A stretch of DNA of 64,000 bases, from the NCBI GenBank assembly GCA_902533295.1, contig CACALG010000001.1:19048-83047 (forward strand), written 5' to 3'. The translations under genes and the position numbers were made by a program. Positions 28,720 to 39,864 of the stretch are shown here, piece by piece. The notes below the pieces were generated by a model, which worked only from the letters and a program-made list of their open reading frames with translations, did not search any database and was not told the origin of the DNA. The number at the start of each line of letters is the position of its first letter. The first letter of the stretch is position 1. Source of the DNA: an uncultured marine group III euryarchaeote (GTDB lineage Archaea; Thermoplasmatota; Poseidoniia; MGIII; CG-Epi1).

Positions 28720-30075
28720 GACTTTTGATATACACAAACCCAAATCAGTTGGTAAAAAACCAGCCCCATATTCTTCGTAACATAGTTCTCCTGCCCTTCC
28801 TAATACATATGCACCTAAACGTCCTGCTTCGAATGATGACAAACCTTTAGCCATTAAACCTCCACAGAGTCCGGACAATAAGTCTCCAGTTCCTCCTACT
28901 GCCATTCTAGGATGTCCTGTAGTATTTATCTTAAAAGAAATCCCATTTGTGATAAAATCTCTTTCACCTTTTAATAATAAAGATATATGGTTAAAACTTG
29001 CAAATTTCATTAAACCAGATCTATTATTCTCGACCTTTAACCGTGCCAATTCCCCTGAATGAGGCGTGAGTAAGATATTATTTTTTCTAAAACTATAGAT
29101 ATCTATTGCATCAGCATCGATTACTACATTTTCAAAATTATCTATTATACCCTGAACGGCTTCAATAGAATCCTCGTGTTTACCCATGCCAGGACCTATA
29201 ACAACACTATCAAATTTATTTCCACCTATTGATGCTAAAACCTCTTTATTAATCCTATTTCCTTCCAATTTATGTACTATAAGTTCAGGTGCAAATGAAG
29301 AAACTTGTTCATATGAAACTTCTGGGACAAAAACATGAACCAAATCCACTCCACTTCTGTACGCACCAATAGCTGCTAGAGCAGGCGCCCCTGAATATTC
29401 TCCACCTCCTACTATTGCCACTTTACCATTTTGACCCTTGTACTTCTTTGAATCAAATTTAGGAAATAACAATAATTCCCCCGGTCCTGTTAATTCATCA
29501 ATATCAGAAGGAAAACCTACGTCAACAACAATAATTTCTCCACAATTAGTTTGGTTCATCCCTATTTTTTTCTCATGGAAAGTGATGGTTTGTGAAGGTT
29601 TCACAGATTTAGGCGTCCCAAACCCTGATGGAACATCAACAGATATTACATTTTCAAACTGATCGACTTTTCCTATTATTTCTTTGTAAGGTGGACGTGG
29701 TTGACCAATTATGCCAGATCCTAATAAACAATCAACTATTATTACTGATTTCTCGCCGAAATCACTCAGCTTTGTAATTTTCTTTATATTCCCATTATAA
29801 TTATCTAAGGCTCTCTTAGACGTTTCTGTTTTAGGTTCTTTTACATAATATACTTCTACATCAAATCCTTCATCTTTTAAAATTCCTGCAGCCACAAAAC
29901 CATCACCTCCATTATTACCATGCCCACAAATGAATTTTAGTGGAATTGTGTGCTCTATATTCTCAGATATGTGTTTAGCTACTTGAACTCCTGCATTCGT
30001 CATCAATTCAAAAAAATCAAGGCCATAATACTCTGCATTAATGTCTAAAATCTGGAACTCTACTAATTTTCTCAT
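28705..30075 (-). CDS. nnr: Bifunctional NAD(P)H-hydrate repair enzyme (epimerase/dehydratase)
   Basis: YjeF-N motif GHGNNGGDGFV and C-terminal carbohydrate-kinase-like GTGDLLSG. Confidence 0.8.
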   Translation of the reverse strand: MRKLVEFQILDINAEYYGLDFFELMTNAGVQVAKHISENIEHTIPLKFICGHGNNGGDGFVAAGILKDEGFDVEVYYVKEPKTETSKRALDNYNGNIKKITKLSDFGEKSVIIVDCLLGSGIIGQPRPPYKEIIGKVDQFENVISVDVPSGFGTPKSVKPSQTITFHEKKIGMNQTNCGEIIVVDVGFPSDIDELTGPGELLLFPKFDSKKYKGQNGKVAIVGGGEYSGAPALAAIGAYRSGVDLVHVFVPEVSYEQVSSFAPELIVHKLEGNRINKEVLASIGGNKFDSVVIGPGMGKHEDSIEAVQGIIDNFENVVIDADAIDIYSFRKNNILLTPHSGELARLKVENNRSGLMKFASFNHISLLLKGERDFITNGISFKINTTGHPRMAVGGTGDLLSGLCGGLMAKGLSSFEAGRLGAYVLGRAGELCYEEYGAGFLPTDLGLCISKVLSRK

Positions 30076-30998
30076 ATAACTGTTAACTGATAAATAAAGA
30101 ATAAAAAGAAAGCAAACAGTAGTGAACCACTTAGTCTATTTAATGGAATACGAATTAAACCGAAAGTAACCAAAGTTAAGATAATCAGTAATGGGAGAGT
30201 TTGCTCAACAACAAAATCTTGGACTGCTATAGGATTAATTAGTGACAATATACCCATAACTAGAAAGATATTTGCTATATTCGATCCAATAACATTTCCT
30301 ACAGCTATTTCTTTATGTCCCATCCTTGCGGCAGATATAGTTCCTGCTAATTCTGGTAAACTAGTTCCTACTGCTACAACACTCAAACCAATTACAATTT
30401 CAGGAATGCCAATTGCTATCGCAATCTCCACTGCTGAATCAACTGTTAATTGAGCTCCAATCAGCAATGCAATAAGACCTCCTAACAAGTAAATATACGA
30501 TGTCTTAGAATCATCAGAATTGACTTCATCTCCTTTTGTTCTATTGTAAAGCCAAAAAATATAAATTATGTAAAGTGAGAAAAATACGCCACCCTCAAAT
30601 TGAGATATTGATTTATCCATTGCAAAGAAATATAACATCAATACAGCCAATAGCATTACATAACTGTCATTATTTGCATCTTTATCTGGCAAAATATCAG
30701 TTTTAAGGACATAATAAAAAATGAAGGTCGAGACGGATAATACTAAACCTATATTTGATATATTAGAACCAACAATATTGCCTAATGCTAGGTCGTTGTA
30801 ATTATTTATTGATGATATGATTGAAACTAGCAACTCAGGTAAACTAGTCCCAAAAGCAACAATGGTGACGCCTACAACATGTGGTGAAATTCCTTTTTCC
30901 TCAGCAAAAGATGCTGAATTTTCAATAAAGTAGTCAGCTCCTTTAGTTAACAAAATAAATCCTACAATCAAAAGTAAGACTGCTAAAATTAAACTCAT
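30072..30998 (-). CDS. Na+/Ca2+ exchanger (CaCA) family membrane protein
   Basis: Two alpha-repeats each with a GTSLPEL motif; ~10 TM segments; 308 aa. Confidence 0.8.
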   Translation of the reverse strand: MSLILAVLLLIVGFILLTKGADYFIENSASFAEEKGISPHVVGVTIVAFGTSLPELLVSIISSINNYNDLALGNIVGSNISNIGLVLSVSTFIFYYVLKTDILPDKDANNDSYVMLLAVLMLYFFAMDKSISQFEGGVFFSLYIIYIFWLYNRTKGDEVNSDDSKTSYIYLLGGLIALLIGAQLTVDSAVEIAIAIGIPEIVIGLSVVAVGTSLPELAGTISAARMGHKEIAVGNVIGSNIANIFLVMGILSLINPIAVQDFVVEQTLPLLIILTLVTFGLIRIPLNRLSGSLLFAFFLFFIYQLTVI

Positions 30999-32305
30999 CT
31001 GAGGCTCTCCATGTGATTTATTCTCTTTTGTATTAATTCTGATTTTCCTATATCATGCCTAGTAAATAAATTCTTACCAGAAACAAATGATAAACCAGTT
31101 TCACATTTTTCTTCAGCCTCCTTGATAGACTTCCCTGTAGAAACAATTGCAGCCGCTCTAGAACTTGTTGTAGTTATAATTCCATCTTTATTCAAATTTA
31201 CTGCAGCATAATAGAGATCTGAATATTTACTATAAGAATCATCAACAATCAGAGTCGCATCTTTTGCTGGATTACTTCCATATCCTTTTGGAACCACGTA
31301 CTTACACACTGAAGCATAATTGCTAAAATTTACAGAAGTCAAATTACCTTCTACAATATCATTACATATTGAAGCCAAATCTGTTTTTAACAAAGATAAA
31401 AGATTCATCGCCTCAGGGTCGCCAAAACGTGCATTATATTCTATCAATTTAACTCCATTAGCTGTTGCCATAAACCCACCATAAAGAATTCCTCGATATG
31501 GTTCACCAGTATGATCAAACAAAGCTTGGGCAACTCGTTCATTTATCTCTCTTGCCTCCGAAATTTCAGTATCATTTAAGAATGGTAGGGAATGGTTACT
31601 ATCTGAATAACACCCCATACCTCCTGTATTTGGCCCAACGTCTCCATCATATGCTCTTTTGTGATCCTGTATAGCAGGCATATGAGCTAGATTTTTACCA
31701 TCACAAAAACTCATTAATGAAAATTCTTCCCCTATTAATTTTTCCTCAATAACAAATATACCTTTCCGAGAAATAATGTCTTTACAATAACCTAGCCCCT
31801 CATCTATATTATCCAAATGTTCCCCTGATACTTTAACGCCTTTACCACCCATCAAACCATCAAATTTGACTACATAATTTTCTGACAACAACTCAATAAA
31901 TTCTTTTACACCTCCCATACTATCAAACCGTTTGTACAAAGGAGATGAATCTATGTTATATTTAGTCAATAAATCTCTGGTGAAACCTTTGCTAGTTTCT
32001 ATTTGCGCTAAAATCCTAAGAGGGCCTACAACAGGAAATCCTTTTTTCCAGAACAAATCTGAAAAACCATGCGCTAGAGGATCCTCAGGTCCAATAACTA
32101 CACAATCAATTCTATTTTCTACAGAAAAATCGATTATTTTTTTTTGCTCATTCACAAAATTATTAACAGGTAATGTCTTTTCAGAAATTGATATCAATCC
32201 AGGGTTAGAATTTGTTATAATTGAAAAAACAGTTGCCCCTGATTGTGACAATTTCTCACCTATTATATGCTCTCGAGCACCGCTTCCCATAACTAAAAAA
32301 TTCAT
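30995..32305 (-). CDS. purD: Phosphoribosylamine--glycine ligase
   Basis: ATP-grasp GARS signature, 436 aa, start MNFLVMGSGAREH. Confidence 0.85.
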   Translation of the reverse strand: MNFLVMGSGAREHIIGEKLSQSGATVFSIITNSNPGLISISEKTLPVNNFVNEQKKIIDFSVENRIDCVVIGPEDPLAHGFSDLFWKKGFPVVGPLRILAQIETSKGFTRDLLTKYNIDSSPLYKRFDSMGGVKEFIELLSENYVVKFDGLMGGKGVKVSGEHLDNIDEGLGYCKDIISRKGIFVIEEKLIGEEFSLMSFCDGKNLAHMPAIQDHKRAYDGDVGPNTGGMGCYSDSNHSLPFLNDTEISEAREINERVAQALFDHTGEPYRGILYGGFMATANGVKLIEYNARFGDPEAMNLLSLLKTDLASICNDIVEGNLTSVNFSNYASVCKYVVPKGYGSNPAKDATLIVDDSYSKYSDLYYAAVNLNKDGIITTTSSRAAAIVSTGKSIKEAEEKCETGLSFVSGKNLFTRHDIGKSELIQKRINHMESLR

Positions 32306-32832
32306 TAATCCACCAAATCAGATATTTTAATTAAACTTCTATAATCCAAATTAAAAGGATTTATCTTTTCTTCAGCACCTTCTTCTCTATCGACAACAAC
32401 CATCACCTGAATAACTTCCACTCCTTCATCTACTAACGATTTAATCGATTCAACGTTAGAGCCACCTGTTGTTGCTACATCATCAACAAGAATTGCTTTA
32501 CCCTCACTTGGCCCTTCAATACGTGAGCCGGTCCCATGTTCACGAGCCGTCTTTCGTATCATTGAATAAGGAATTCCTGTTTCTAAGGAAAGTGCTACTG
32601 CTAAAGGAACAGCTCCTAATTCCATACCTGCTATGAAATCTACTTCATCTGATATGTGTTTAGCGAATTCTTTTGCTATACAGCCTAAAATATCAGGATC
32701 AGTAGATGCCAATTTCATATCTACATAAAACTTGGATTTCTTACCTGATGTCAAAGTAAAATCTCCAAATTTTACAGCTTGACAATCTAACAATTTTTGC
32801 TTTAAGATATCCAATGAGGAAGGGCCCTGCAT
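32305..32832 (-). CDS. pyrE: Orotate phosphoribosyltransferase (type I PRTase)
   Basis: KFGDFTLTSGKKSKFY and PRPP-binding ILVDDVATTGGS. Confidence 0.75.
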   Translation of the reverse strand: MQGPSSLDILKQKLLDCQAVKFGDFTLTSGKKSKFYVDMKLASTDPDILGCIAKEFAKHISDEVDFIAGMELGAVPLAVALSLETGIPYSMIRKTAREHGTGSRIEGPSEGKAILVDDVATTGGSNVESIKSLVDEGVEVIQVMVVVDREEGAEEKINPFNLDYRSLIKISDLVD

Positions 32833-32867
32833 ATCTCGTTATAGAATGCCTTAAAAAATTAGTATCC

Positions 32868-33905
32868 CTAATTAAAAACCTTAATAGCAGATGGTAAAAC
32901 CTTGATATCTATTGGAGTTGTCCCCAAATTTTCTCCATCAATATTTATTGAAGTTGGTTCATCTGTCTCAATACGTAATGTCTTGAATCTATAAAATTCT
33001 ACATTAGGATTCCATACATGGGAACCTTGAGCTTTTAATTGATTAAATAACTTGAGAATTTTGAATCTACCGATATGATAAATTATACCAAGATCCATCT
33101 TTCCATCATCAATCTGAGCTTTTGGTGCCAACCTAAGTCTATCACCACCTGTGCATGTATTTTGTATCAAAAGTAAAACAAAATCCGACTCAATGAGATG
33201 TCCATCGATGAAACATTTGGCTTTCCTTACTTTACCTCTTATAATACTAAGAAGGACACCAATATCATACCTTAAGGGTCCAAGGAAGCGCATTTTTTCT
33301 GCTAGGATGTTAGAATCTACACCCAGCCCCCATCCTACAAGATTATGAGAATATCTTAATACTTCCTTATCATCCTCTAAAAAACGAGTTTCAGCAATAT
33401 CCATCAACCTTACTCTTCCTTTAGTAATTCTCTCGACAGCATCCATGTAATCTGATATTTCCATATCATTAGCTTGACTATTTCCAGTTCCTGCAGGAAC
33501 AATAGCTAATGGAATATTGGGAGCCTCTTCTGTACGACTCATAAAACCAGATATGACTTCACAAAAGGTTCCGTCACCTCCAACAGTGACTATTGTATCA
33601 CCATCATTCAAATCTATATTTCTTGCAATTTCTATTGCATGTTCAGGTCTTTCAGTAACATATAATACAACTTCTATTTTGGAATTAGTTAATTCCTCTT
33701 TGACAAAATTGCCTACAGTAATTCCTTTTTTCTTTCCCGAATAAGGATTAACAATGACATGTGCTTTAGTTACATTATACTGCTCTTTGAATTGTAAATT
33801 AGAAAAATGAGAGACTTTATTAGGAGGTGAAAAATATTTGCTACCGAAGAAACCTCTTTGCACTTCTGGCTCTTCAAATATTACTTTCTCAGGGCCTTCA
33901 ACCAT
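32868..33905 (-). CDS. Diacylglycerol kinase catalytic-domain (DAGK_cat/YegS-like) lipid kinase
   Basis: VNPYSGKKKG and VTVGGDGT motifs. Confidence 0.7.
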   Translation of the reverse strand: MVEGPEKVIFEEPEVQRGFFGSKYFSPPNKVSHFSNLQFKEQYNVTKAHVIVNPYSGKKKGITVGNFVKEELTNSKIEVVLYVTERPEHAIEIARNIDLNDGDTIVTVGGDGTFCEVISGFMSRTEEAPNIPLAIVPAGTGNSQANDMEISDYMDAVERITKGRVRLMDIAETRFLEDDKEVLRYSHNLVGWGLGVDSNILAEKMRFLGPLRYDIGVLLSIIRGKVRKAKCFIDGHLIESDFVLLLIQNTCTGGDRLRLAPKAQIDDGKMDLGIIYHIGRFKILKLFNQLKAQGSHVWNPNVEFYRFKTLRIETDEPTSINIDGENLGTTPIDIKVLPSAIKVFN

Positions 33906-33999
33906 TACAAAACTATTGTATTAACCTTTATAAGGTAGCTTCTGTCGAGACAAATACGGGAATGTGGCGAAAGCTGAACCCTAGAAGTGAGGAATCGCG

Positions 34000-34620
34000 A
34001 TGAGTAAATCATTATACAACTACGTAAGAGACCAATGGAAATCTCCATCTGGTGATGTAAAAAAATTACACAAAACAAGGCTAGTGCAGTATCGTGGAGA
34101 AGACGCTACTACTAAAATTGAAAGACCAACCAGAATTGATAGAGCAAGGGCCTTGGGTTATAGGGCAAAACAAGGATATGTTTTAGCACGTACTAGAATA
34201 AGAAGAGGAGGTATGCGAAAGCATGCTATAACTTCTGGCCGTAGAGCAAAGCGTGCGGGTATATCTAAAATAACAATGGGGAAAAATTTGCAAATGATTG
34301 CAGAAGAAAGAACTTCTAAAAAATATCCAAACTTAGAGATATTAAATTCATATTGGGTTGCAGAAGATGGACGTTACAAATGGTATGAAATGATAATGGT
34401 TGATCCAAACCATCCAGTCATAATGGCTGATCCAAAAATAAACTGGATTTGTAATAGAGCTCAAAAAGGAAGAGTTCATAGAGCTTTAACATCTGCAGGG
34501 AAAAAATCTAGAGGATTGATGAATAAAGGTAAGGGTGCTGAAAAATTAAGGCCAAGTCGCCGTAAGCACATGGTAAGAACCAAACAGAGCCGCACACCAC
34601 ACCCTCCAAGAAAAACCTAA
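34000..34620 (+). CDS. rpl15e: 50S ribosomal protein L15e
   Basis: Highly basic 206-aa protein with L15e N-terminal SLYNYVRDQWK and RGG motifs. Confidence 0.85.
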   Translation: MSKSLYNYVRDQWKSPSGDVKKLHKTRLVQYRGEDATTKIERPTRIDRARALGYRAKQGYVLARTRIRRGGMRKHAITSGRRAKRAGISKITMGKNLQMIAEERTSKKYPNLEILNSYWVAEDGRYKWYEMIMVDPNHPVIMADPKINWICNRAQKGRVHRALTSAGKKSRGLMNKGKGAEKLRPSRRKHMVRTKQSRTPHPPRKT

Positions 34621-34660
34621 GGAAGTTGATAAAATCGCCTACAATCGTAAAAATCCATTC

Positions 34661-35770
34661 ATGGCCACTGTAGTGGATGCACACTGCATATCTGAAGGTT
34701 CATACAAAGAAACAAACCACTATGCAGTATCCATAAGAGGAAGTGGAATCAGGTACAAACCTGGAGACTCTATGGGTTTTTATCCTAGTAATGATGAGGA
34801 CTTAGCAAAACAAACACTAAGAGCTATTGGCGCAAAAAAGAACGTTATTGTTGAAACTAAAGAAACTGGGAAAATAGAACTTTTTGATGCATTACTGAAT
34901 CGGTTCACAATTCATAGAGCTGGAAAGAAATTTTTAAGCGCAGTAGTTTCTAAAATGAAAAAAGGAAAAGAGAAAGACGAATTAACCAAAATACTAGAAG
35001 ATCGTGATAAGACTGAAAAATATTTGTTCACAAGAGACTGTATAGATATTCTAAATGAACATCTGGTTCATTTTGAACCACAGGAATTCATAGATACTTT
35101 ATCGCCTATAACTCCAAGATTGTATTCTATTAGTTCTTCACCTAAATTACATCCTGGTGAAATACATTTAACTATTGCAATAGTAAAATACAATAATTTT
35201 GATAGAGATAGATACGGTTTAGCAACAGGTCACTTAGCAAAAGAAGTAGATGTAAATAAAACAAATATTCCCGTCTATGTACAACCAACAAAAGAATTTA
35301 TTCTTCCAAAGGATAAATCTAAAGATATTATTATGGTTGGGCCTGGAACTGGTATTGCACCATTTAGAGCATTTATTGAACACCGGAAAGCTACTGAAGC
35401 AACAGGAAGAAATTGGTTATTCTTCGGTGAAGTAAATCAAGATTCTACCTTCTTTTACAACGATGAATGGGCTGAATACATGAAAGGTGGAAACTTAGAC
35501 AAACTAACTACTGCATTTTCCAGAGATCAAGAAGATAAAATATACGTGCAACATAGATTACTAAGTAATGCTAAGGAAATATGGGAATGGTTAGACAATG
35601 GTGCTTATTTCTATGTTTGTGGTGACAAACAATACATGGCTAAAGATGTTCATAAAGCCTTAATAGAAATTGCTGAGAAAGAAGGTAAAATGAAAAAGAA
35701 AGATGCTGAGAATTACATTAATCAAACATTAATGAAAGATGAACATAGATATCTCAGAGACATTTACTGA
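34661..35770 (+). CDS. FAD/NAD(P)-binding oxidoreductase, CysJ/CPR C-terminal (FNR-like) family, without a flavodoxin domain
   Basis: FAD-binding RLYSISSSP motif and C-terminal YVCGD...M..DV; 369 aa. Confidence 0.7.
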   Translation: MATVVDAHCISEGSYKETNHYAVSIRGSGIRYKPGDSMGFYPSNDEDLAKQTLRAIGAKKNVIVETKETGKIELFDALLNRFTIHRAGKKFLSAVVSKMKKGKEKDELTKILEDRDKTEKYLFTRDCIDILNEHLVHFEPQEFIDTLSPITPRLYSISSSPKLHPGEIHLTIAIVKYNNFDRDRYGLATGHLAKEVDVNKTNIPVYVQPTKEFILPKDKSKDIIMVGPGTGIAPFRAFIEHRKATEATGRNWLFFGEVNQDSTFFYNDEWAEYMKGGNLDKLTTAFSRDQEDKIYVQHRLLSNAKEIWEWLDNGAYFYVCGDKQYMAKDVHKALIEIAEKEGKMKKKDAENYINQTLMKDEHRYLRDIY

Positions 35771-35786
35771 TTTTTTTCTTTTCTTC
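35771..35786 (+). terminator. Poly-T tract (TTTTTTTCTTTTCTT) right after the stop of the FNR-like gene, at a convergent junction
   Basis: Archaeal terminators are oligo-T runs; this one sits immediately after the stop at 35768-35770. Confidence 0.3.
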
Positions 35787-35872
35787 GTCCATTTAATCAT
35801 TCAAAAGATGTTCATCCTGTTTGGAACAAACCAATAGAGAAGACCAAATAATCTCCTCATAATTATCTACAA

Positions 35873-38437
35873 CTAATCCTTTTCCTTTCCACCCTGCTGA
35901 ATTATTTCACCAGTTTGTGAATCATAAGTATTACCAGTTACTGGATCATATCTAAAACCAGATTGTTTACTTGGAATCTGATTAGTGGAAGAAGTACCTG
36001 TATCATAATCATCAAAATAATCACCACCATCACCTAAGCGACTGTAAGCAAATATTCCAAGGCCTGCAACAGTTAAAACACCTAATGGAATCCAAATCAA
36101 AGGTTGATTAATTAATGAATCTTCTTCTTCTTCTTCCACCTCAATAATTTCTATCTCTTCCTCTACAGCAACCGTAACTTCTGCGGAAACGCGATTATCT
36201 AATTCATTAAACTCATCAATTATATTATCAGGATCAATCACTGCTTCGATGTAATAAAGTCCAGGTTCAGTGGGTTTCCAATAGAAAACTCTCACTTCCT
36301 CACCATTGACACGTCCCAAAGGTTTTGTTTGATATATATCAACTAATTCACCATCAATAAAGAGAGAAATTTCAGCTCCAATACACTCTTCTGAAGAGTT
36401 ATCAAAAGAAATACCAAATGGACATTCACAACAAATTTCAGGACCGAAATTTATAGCACTAATTTCTATCTCCAAAGTTTGATTCAAATATATCATACTT
36501 GGAATGTCTCCCATCTCGACAGATAATTGGAAATTTCGTGGTTTAACATTGATTGATAAATTTATTTTATTATCTGTTAAATTCAAATCTTCAAAGTCGC
36601 TGTTTGTTATCACTGCCTCTATTGTAATATTGTGAAGACCATCCATTGTTGTTGTCCTCCAGAAGACAGTTACAAATCGAATTTCTTCATAAGCTAAATT
36701 TTCTTGGGGAACATTGTAGATTGCATTACCTTCAAAATCATAAGTCTGTACTTCAGGTGAAGTGGAATTATCCAAGTAAACCAATAAATGGAATGATGGA
36801 ATTTTAGCCATATTATTCCTTACCTGAACAACCATTTCAACATTATCTCCACGAAATACAGTATCAACAGCATCAACAGATACTAAGGTCAAATCATAGT
36901 CCGGAGCGGCTACGTTGATTAGCATAGATTTTACATTATTAGAATCATCTAATTCTTCAATCTCCTTCGCTGAATCTGCATGCCCTGCTACGCTTGGTTG
37001 CTGCTCATCCCAAGTATATTCACCCGTAATATTGTAAAATTCCCCTTCATTCAAATTTAGAATCCAAGAATCAATAACTTCTCCATCAATTCTCAACTCA
37101 ATAGGGCAATTAGTGATATCCTGTGCTCCTTTGTTAAAGGCTGTAATTATTATATCCGAAGGCATACCTCTAACAGCTTGACCTACTACTGAAATCTCAT
37201 GGATGGTGATATCTGGTTTAGATTCTAGAACGACTAAGCTAAAAGTAAAATTATTATCTTCTTCATCCCATTCTTCAATTTCATTCAAAGGGTCAATTCT
37301 TATAATAATTGTATGGTTACCGATAATCTCTGTACCAGAACCTGCATCCCATGTTACAGTAGCTGGTTCAGTTGCAGATACTATCTCTTCTCCTACCCTT
37401 GTAGCATTATCCATATTACTAATGATACTATAACCAATTAGTGACTCAGCACCTCCCTCTGGTATATCATAAAACCCTACACGTACATTCTCAGCTCCAA
37501 CAACATAATCATCATTAAAAATATGAACTGTTAATTTAACAGAATGTTGGTCAAATACATCTTCCAACCAAGTGTCATCAGGATTTATTGTAATATTACG
37601 AGATTCATCTAAGGTTAACTCAGGTGTGTGTGCTCTGACTTGAACTGTAGCCTCATAAGTGTTGTCATCTTCCACAAATTCATCAATATCGTCATCAGAA
37701 TCTAGAACAATCGTAATCGTAAATTCTCCTATTCCATCAGGTTGCCATGTTATATTGTACTGACCAGAATCACCAGCCCCAATTATAGTTCTAACTTGGG
37801 GATTAGAAATTGTATTTGTTTGACCATCAAGTGTTTGACGAAATTCAATATTGAAATTTGTACAATCATCACGGCCATTATTATCAAAAAGAACTAAAAT
37901 ATCAACTGAATCTCCCTCTGCGGGATTTTCAGGTGTAAACATGATATTCAATTCCGCAGGTAGTGGTCTAAGATTTGCTAGAGGACCAGGAGGCACAGGA
38001 TATATGGTATATTCATATACGATTTTGTTATTATCTTCATCTGTTTCAATAATCTCGTCATCATAGTCCACAGAGATAGTCAAGACACGATCGCCAAATC
38101 CGCCGCACTCACTTGCACCACAAGTAATATCAATTATCGCAATCCTTTCATTACCAATAACTGGCTCAGTTTGTTCATGGATAGGAATACATTCATCTTC
38201 TGGATCACATTCAGAGGTACTATTCCATACAATAATTTTTACATCAGTAGCAGGATTTATAGGATCATGATTGACAACTTCGAAATATATTTCTAATTCT
38301 TCTCCTTGAAGAGGAAAATCTGGTGAAAACGTAAAATTAACTGGTTCTAGGTCTATAGCTTCGGCATCTCCTGTAAATAAGAACAGAACCAATACAGCCC
38401 CAAAAACGGTCACAATTGCACTCGTCAACCTTTTCAT
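35873..38437 (-). CDS. Secreted surface protein with multiple CARDB-like domains and a C-terminal TM anchor
   Basis: Signal peptide MKRLTSAIVTVFGAVLVLFLF. Repeated domain ends E(E/D)xNN...V (EEWDEEDNNFTF, IDEFNELDNRVSAEV, IDEFVEDDNTYEATV, ELDDSNNVKSMLINV). TM segment LIWIPLGVLTVAGLGIFAY. Confidence 0.65.
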   Translation of the reverse strand: MKRLTSAIVTVFGAVLVLFLFTGDAEAIDLEPVNFTFSPDFPLQGEELEIYFEVVNHDPINPATDVKIIVWNSTSECDPEDECIPIHEQTEPVIGNERIAIIDITCGASECGGFGDRVLTISVDYDDEIIETDEDNNKIVYEYTIYPVPPGPLANLRPLPAELNIMFTPENPAEGDSVDILVLFDNNGRDDCTNFNIEFRQTLDGQTNTISNPQVRTIIGAGDSGQYNITWQPDGIGEFTITIVLDSDDDIDEFVEDDNTYEATVQVRAHTPELTLDESRNITINPDDTWLEDVFDQHSVKLTVHIFNDDYVVGAENVRVGFYDIPEGGAESLIGYSIISNMDNATRVGEEIVSATEPATVTWDAGSGTEIIGNHTIIIRIDPLNEIEEWDEEDNNFTFSLVVLESKPDITIHEISVVGQAVRGMPSDIIITAFNKGAQDITNCPIELRIDGEVIDSWILNLNEGEFYNITGEYTWDEQQPSVAGHADSAKEIEELDDSNNVKSMLINVAAPDYDLTLVSVDAVDTVFRGDNVEMVVQVRNNMAKIPSFHLLVYLDNSTSPEVQTYDFEGNAIYNVPQENLAYEEIRFVTVFWRTTTMDGLHNITIEAVITNSDFEDLNLTDNKINLSINVKPRNFQLSVEMGDIPSMIYLNQTLEIEISAINFGPEICCECPFGISFDNSSEECIGAEISLFIDGELVDIYQTKPLGRVNGEEVRVFYWKPTEPGLYYIEAVIDPDNIIDEFNELDNRVSAEVTVAVEEEIEIIEVEEEEEDSLINQPLIWIPLGVLTVAGLGIFAYSRLGDGGDYFDDYDTGTSSTNQIPSKQSGFRYDPVTGNTYDSQTGEIIQQGGKEKD

Positions 38438-38484
38438 TGTTATTACCGTTATAGTTTTGTTATATAAAAGAATGCCAAAAAAGT

Positions 38485-39864
38485 TTGGAAAAAAGAAACG
38501 CAGAGTTTATAATGGGCAGTTTTTGCGAACACATGGACCCAGTAAGTGTGCTTGACTACAGATACGGCACAGAGCAAATGAGAACTATATTTCGTGCTAA
38601 TTCATATTTACAAGCATTACTGGAAGTAGAAGCGACACTTGCCGAAGTACAAGAAGAGAAAGATATAATTCCTAAAGGAACCTCTTCCCAAATCCGTAAT
38701 GGAATCAGTGCAGTAAAACGTGAAAGAGTAGAAGAAATAGAATCTCAAATAAATCATGATGTCATGGCTGTTGTCAAAGCTCTCGAAGAACAATCTGGTG
38801 ATGCAGGGAAATGGATTCATTTTGGAGCAACCAGTTATGATATAGTAGATACTGCAAGAGCTTTACAGCATAAAAGTGCTATTACGTTATTGGAAGTTGC
38901 AATTGATAAATTAATAAATTCTTTAGCTCATTTAGCAAAAGAACATAAAAAAACAGTTATGTTAGGCAGAACACATGGCCAATGGGCAACACCAATTACT
39001 TTCGGCCTAAAAATGGCTGTTTTTACATCTGAACTGAAGAGACACAGAGATAGACTTATTGAATTAAAACCTAGAATATTAACAGGGAAATTTCTGGGTG
39101 CTGTAGGTTCTGGAGCTGCAATGGCACCACATACTCTAGAAGTTCAAAGTGCTATTTGCAAAAAATTAAGTCTCAATGAACCATTAGCTACAACACAAAT
39201 ACTCGGTCGAGATCGAATTGCAGAGTTGATAGCTTGGGGTTCTAATCTAGCAGTAAGTTTAGAAAAATTCACTACAGAAGTACGTAACCTACAAAGAAGT
39301 GATATTGGTGAAGTAGCTGAAGCCTTTGATCGTGAAAAACAGGTTGGATCTTCTACTATGGCTCAAAAAAAGAACCCAATTACATCTGAGAATATTGGCG
39401 GATTAGCAAGAGTTGTTAGATCTATGCTCTATACTTCTTATGAGAATAATTTGCAGTGGCATGAAAGGGATTTAGCCAATTCCAGTGCAGAGAGAATAAT
39501 TTTGCCTCAATTCTACATATTATTAGAATATATTTTAGTCAAATCTGACAATGTTTTCTCAAACCTCTATGTTAATAAAAAAAGGATGAAAGAAAATCTA
39601 GACAATGCTGGTGGTTTACCTATGGCAGAGGCTTTTGTTATCGCACTAGGAAAAACAGATTTAGGAAGACAAGAAGCCCATGAACTCGTCAGAACTATCA
39701 CAATGGAAGCTGAGAAGTCAAATATATCATTTTCTCAAGCAATAGAAGAGAATAAAGAAGTTTTAAATTATTTAAATCAGAAAGAAATAAGTTATTGTTT
39801 AGATCCTCAAAATTACACGGGCCACTCTGAAGAAATCATTGACAAAGTTTTGGGTTCATTATAA
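38485..39864 (+). CDS. purB: Adenylosuccinate lyase
   Basis: Fumarate-lyase signature GSSTMAQKKNP; 459 aa; preceded by a TATA-like TTATATAAAAG at ~38455. Confidence 0.85.
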   Translation: MEKRNAEFIMGSFCEHMDPVSVLDYRYGTEQMRTIFRANSYLQALLEVEATLAEVQEEKDIIPKGTSSQIRNGISAVKRERVEEIESQINHDVMAVVKALEEQSGDAGKWIHFGATSYDIVDTARALQHKSAITLLEVAIDKLINSLAHLAKEHKKTVMLGRTHGQWATPITFGLKMAVFTSELKRHRDRLIELKPRILTGKFLGAVGSGAAMAPHTLEVQSAICKKLSLNEPLATTQILGRDRIAELIAWGSNLAVSLEKFTTEVRNLQRSDIGEVAEAFDREKQVGSSTMAQKKNPITSENIGGLARVVRSMLYTSYENNLQWHERDLANSSAERIILPQFYILLEYILVKSDNVFSNLYVNKKRMKENLDNAGGLPMAEAFVIALGKTDLGRQEAHELVRTITMEAEKSNISFSQAIEENKEVLNYLNQKEISYCLDPQNYTGHSEEIIDKVLGSL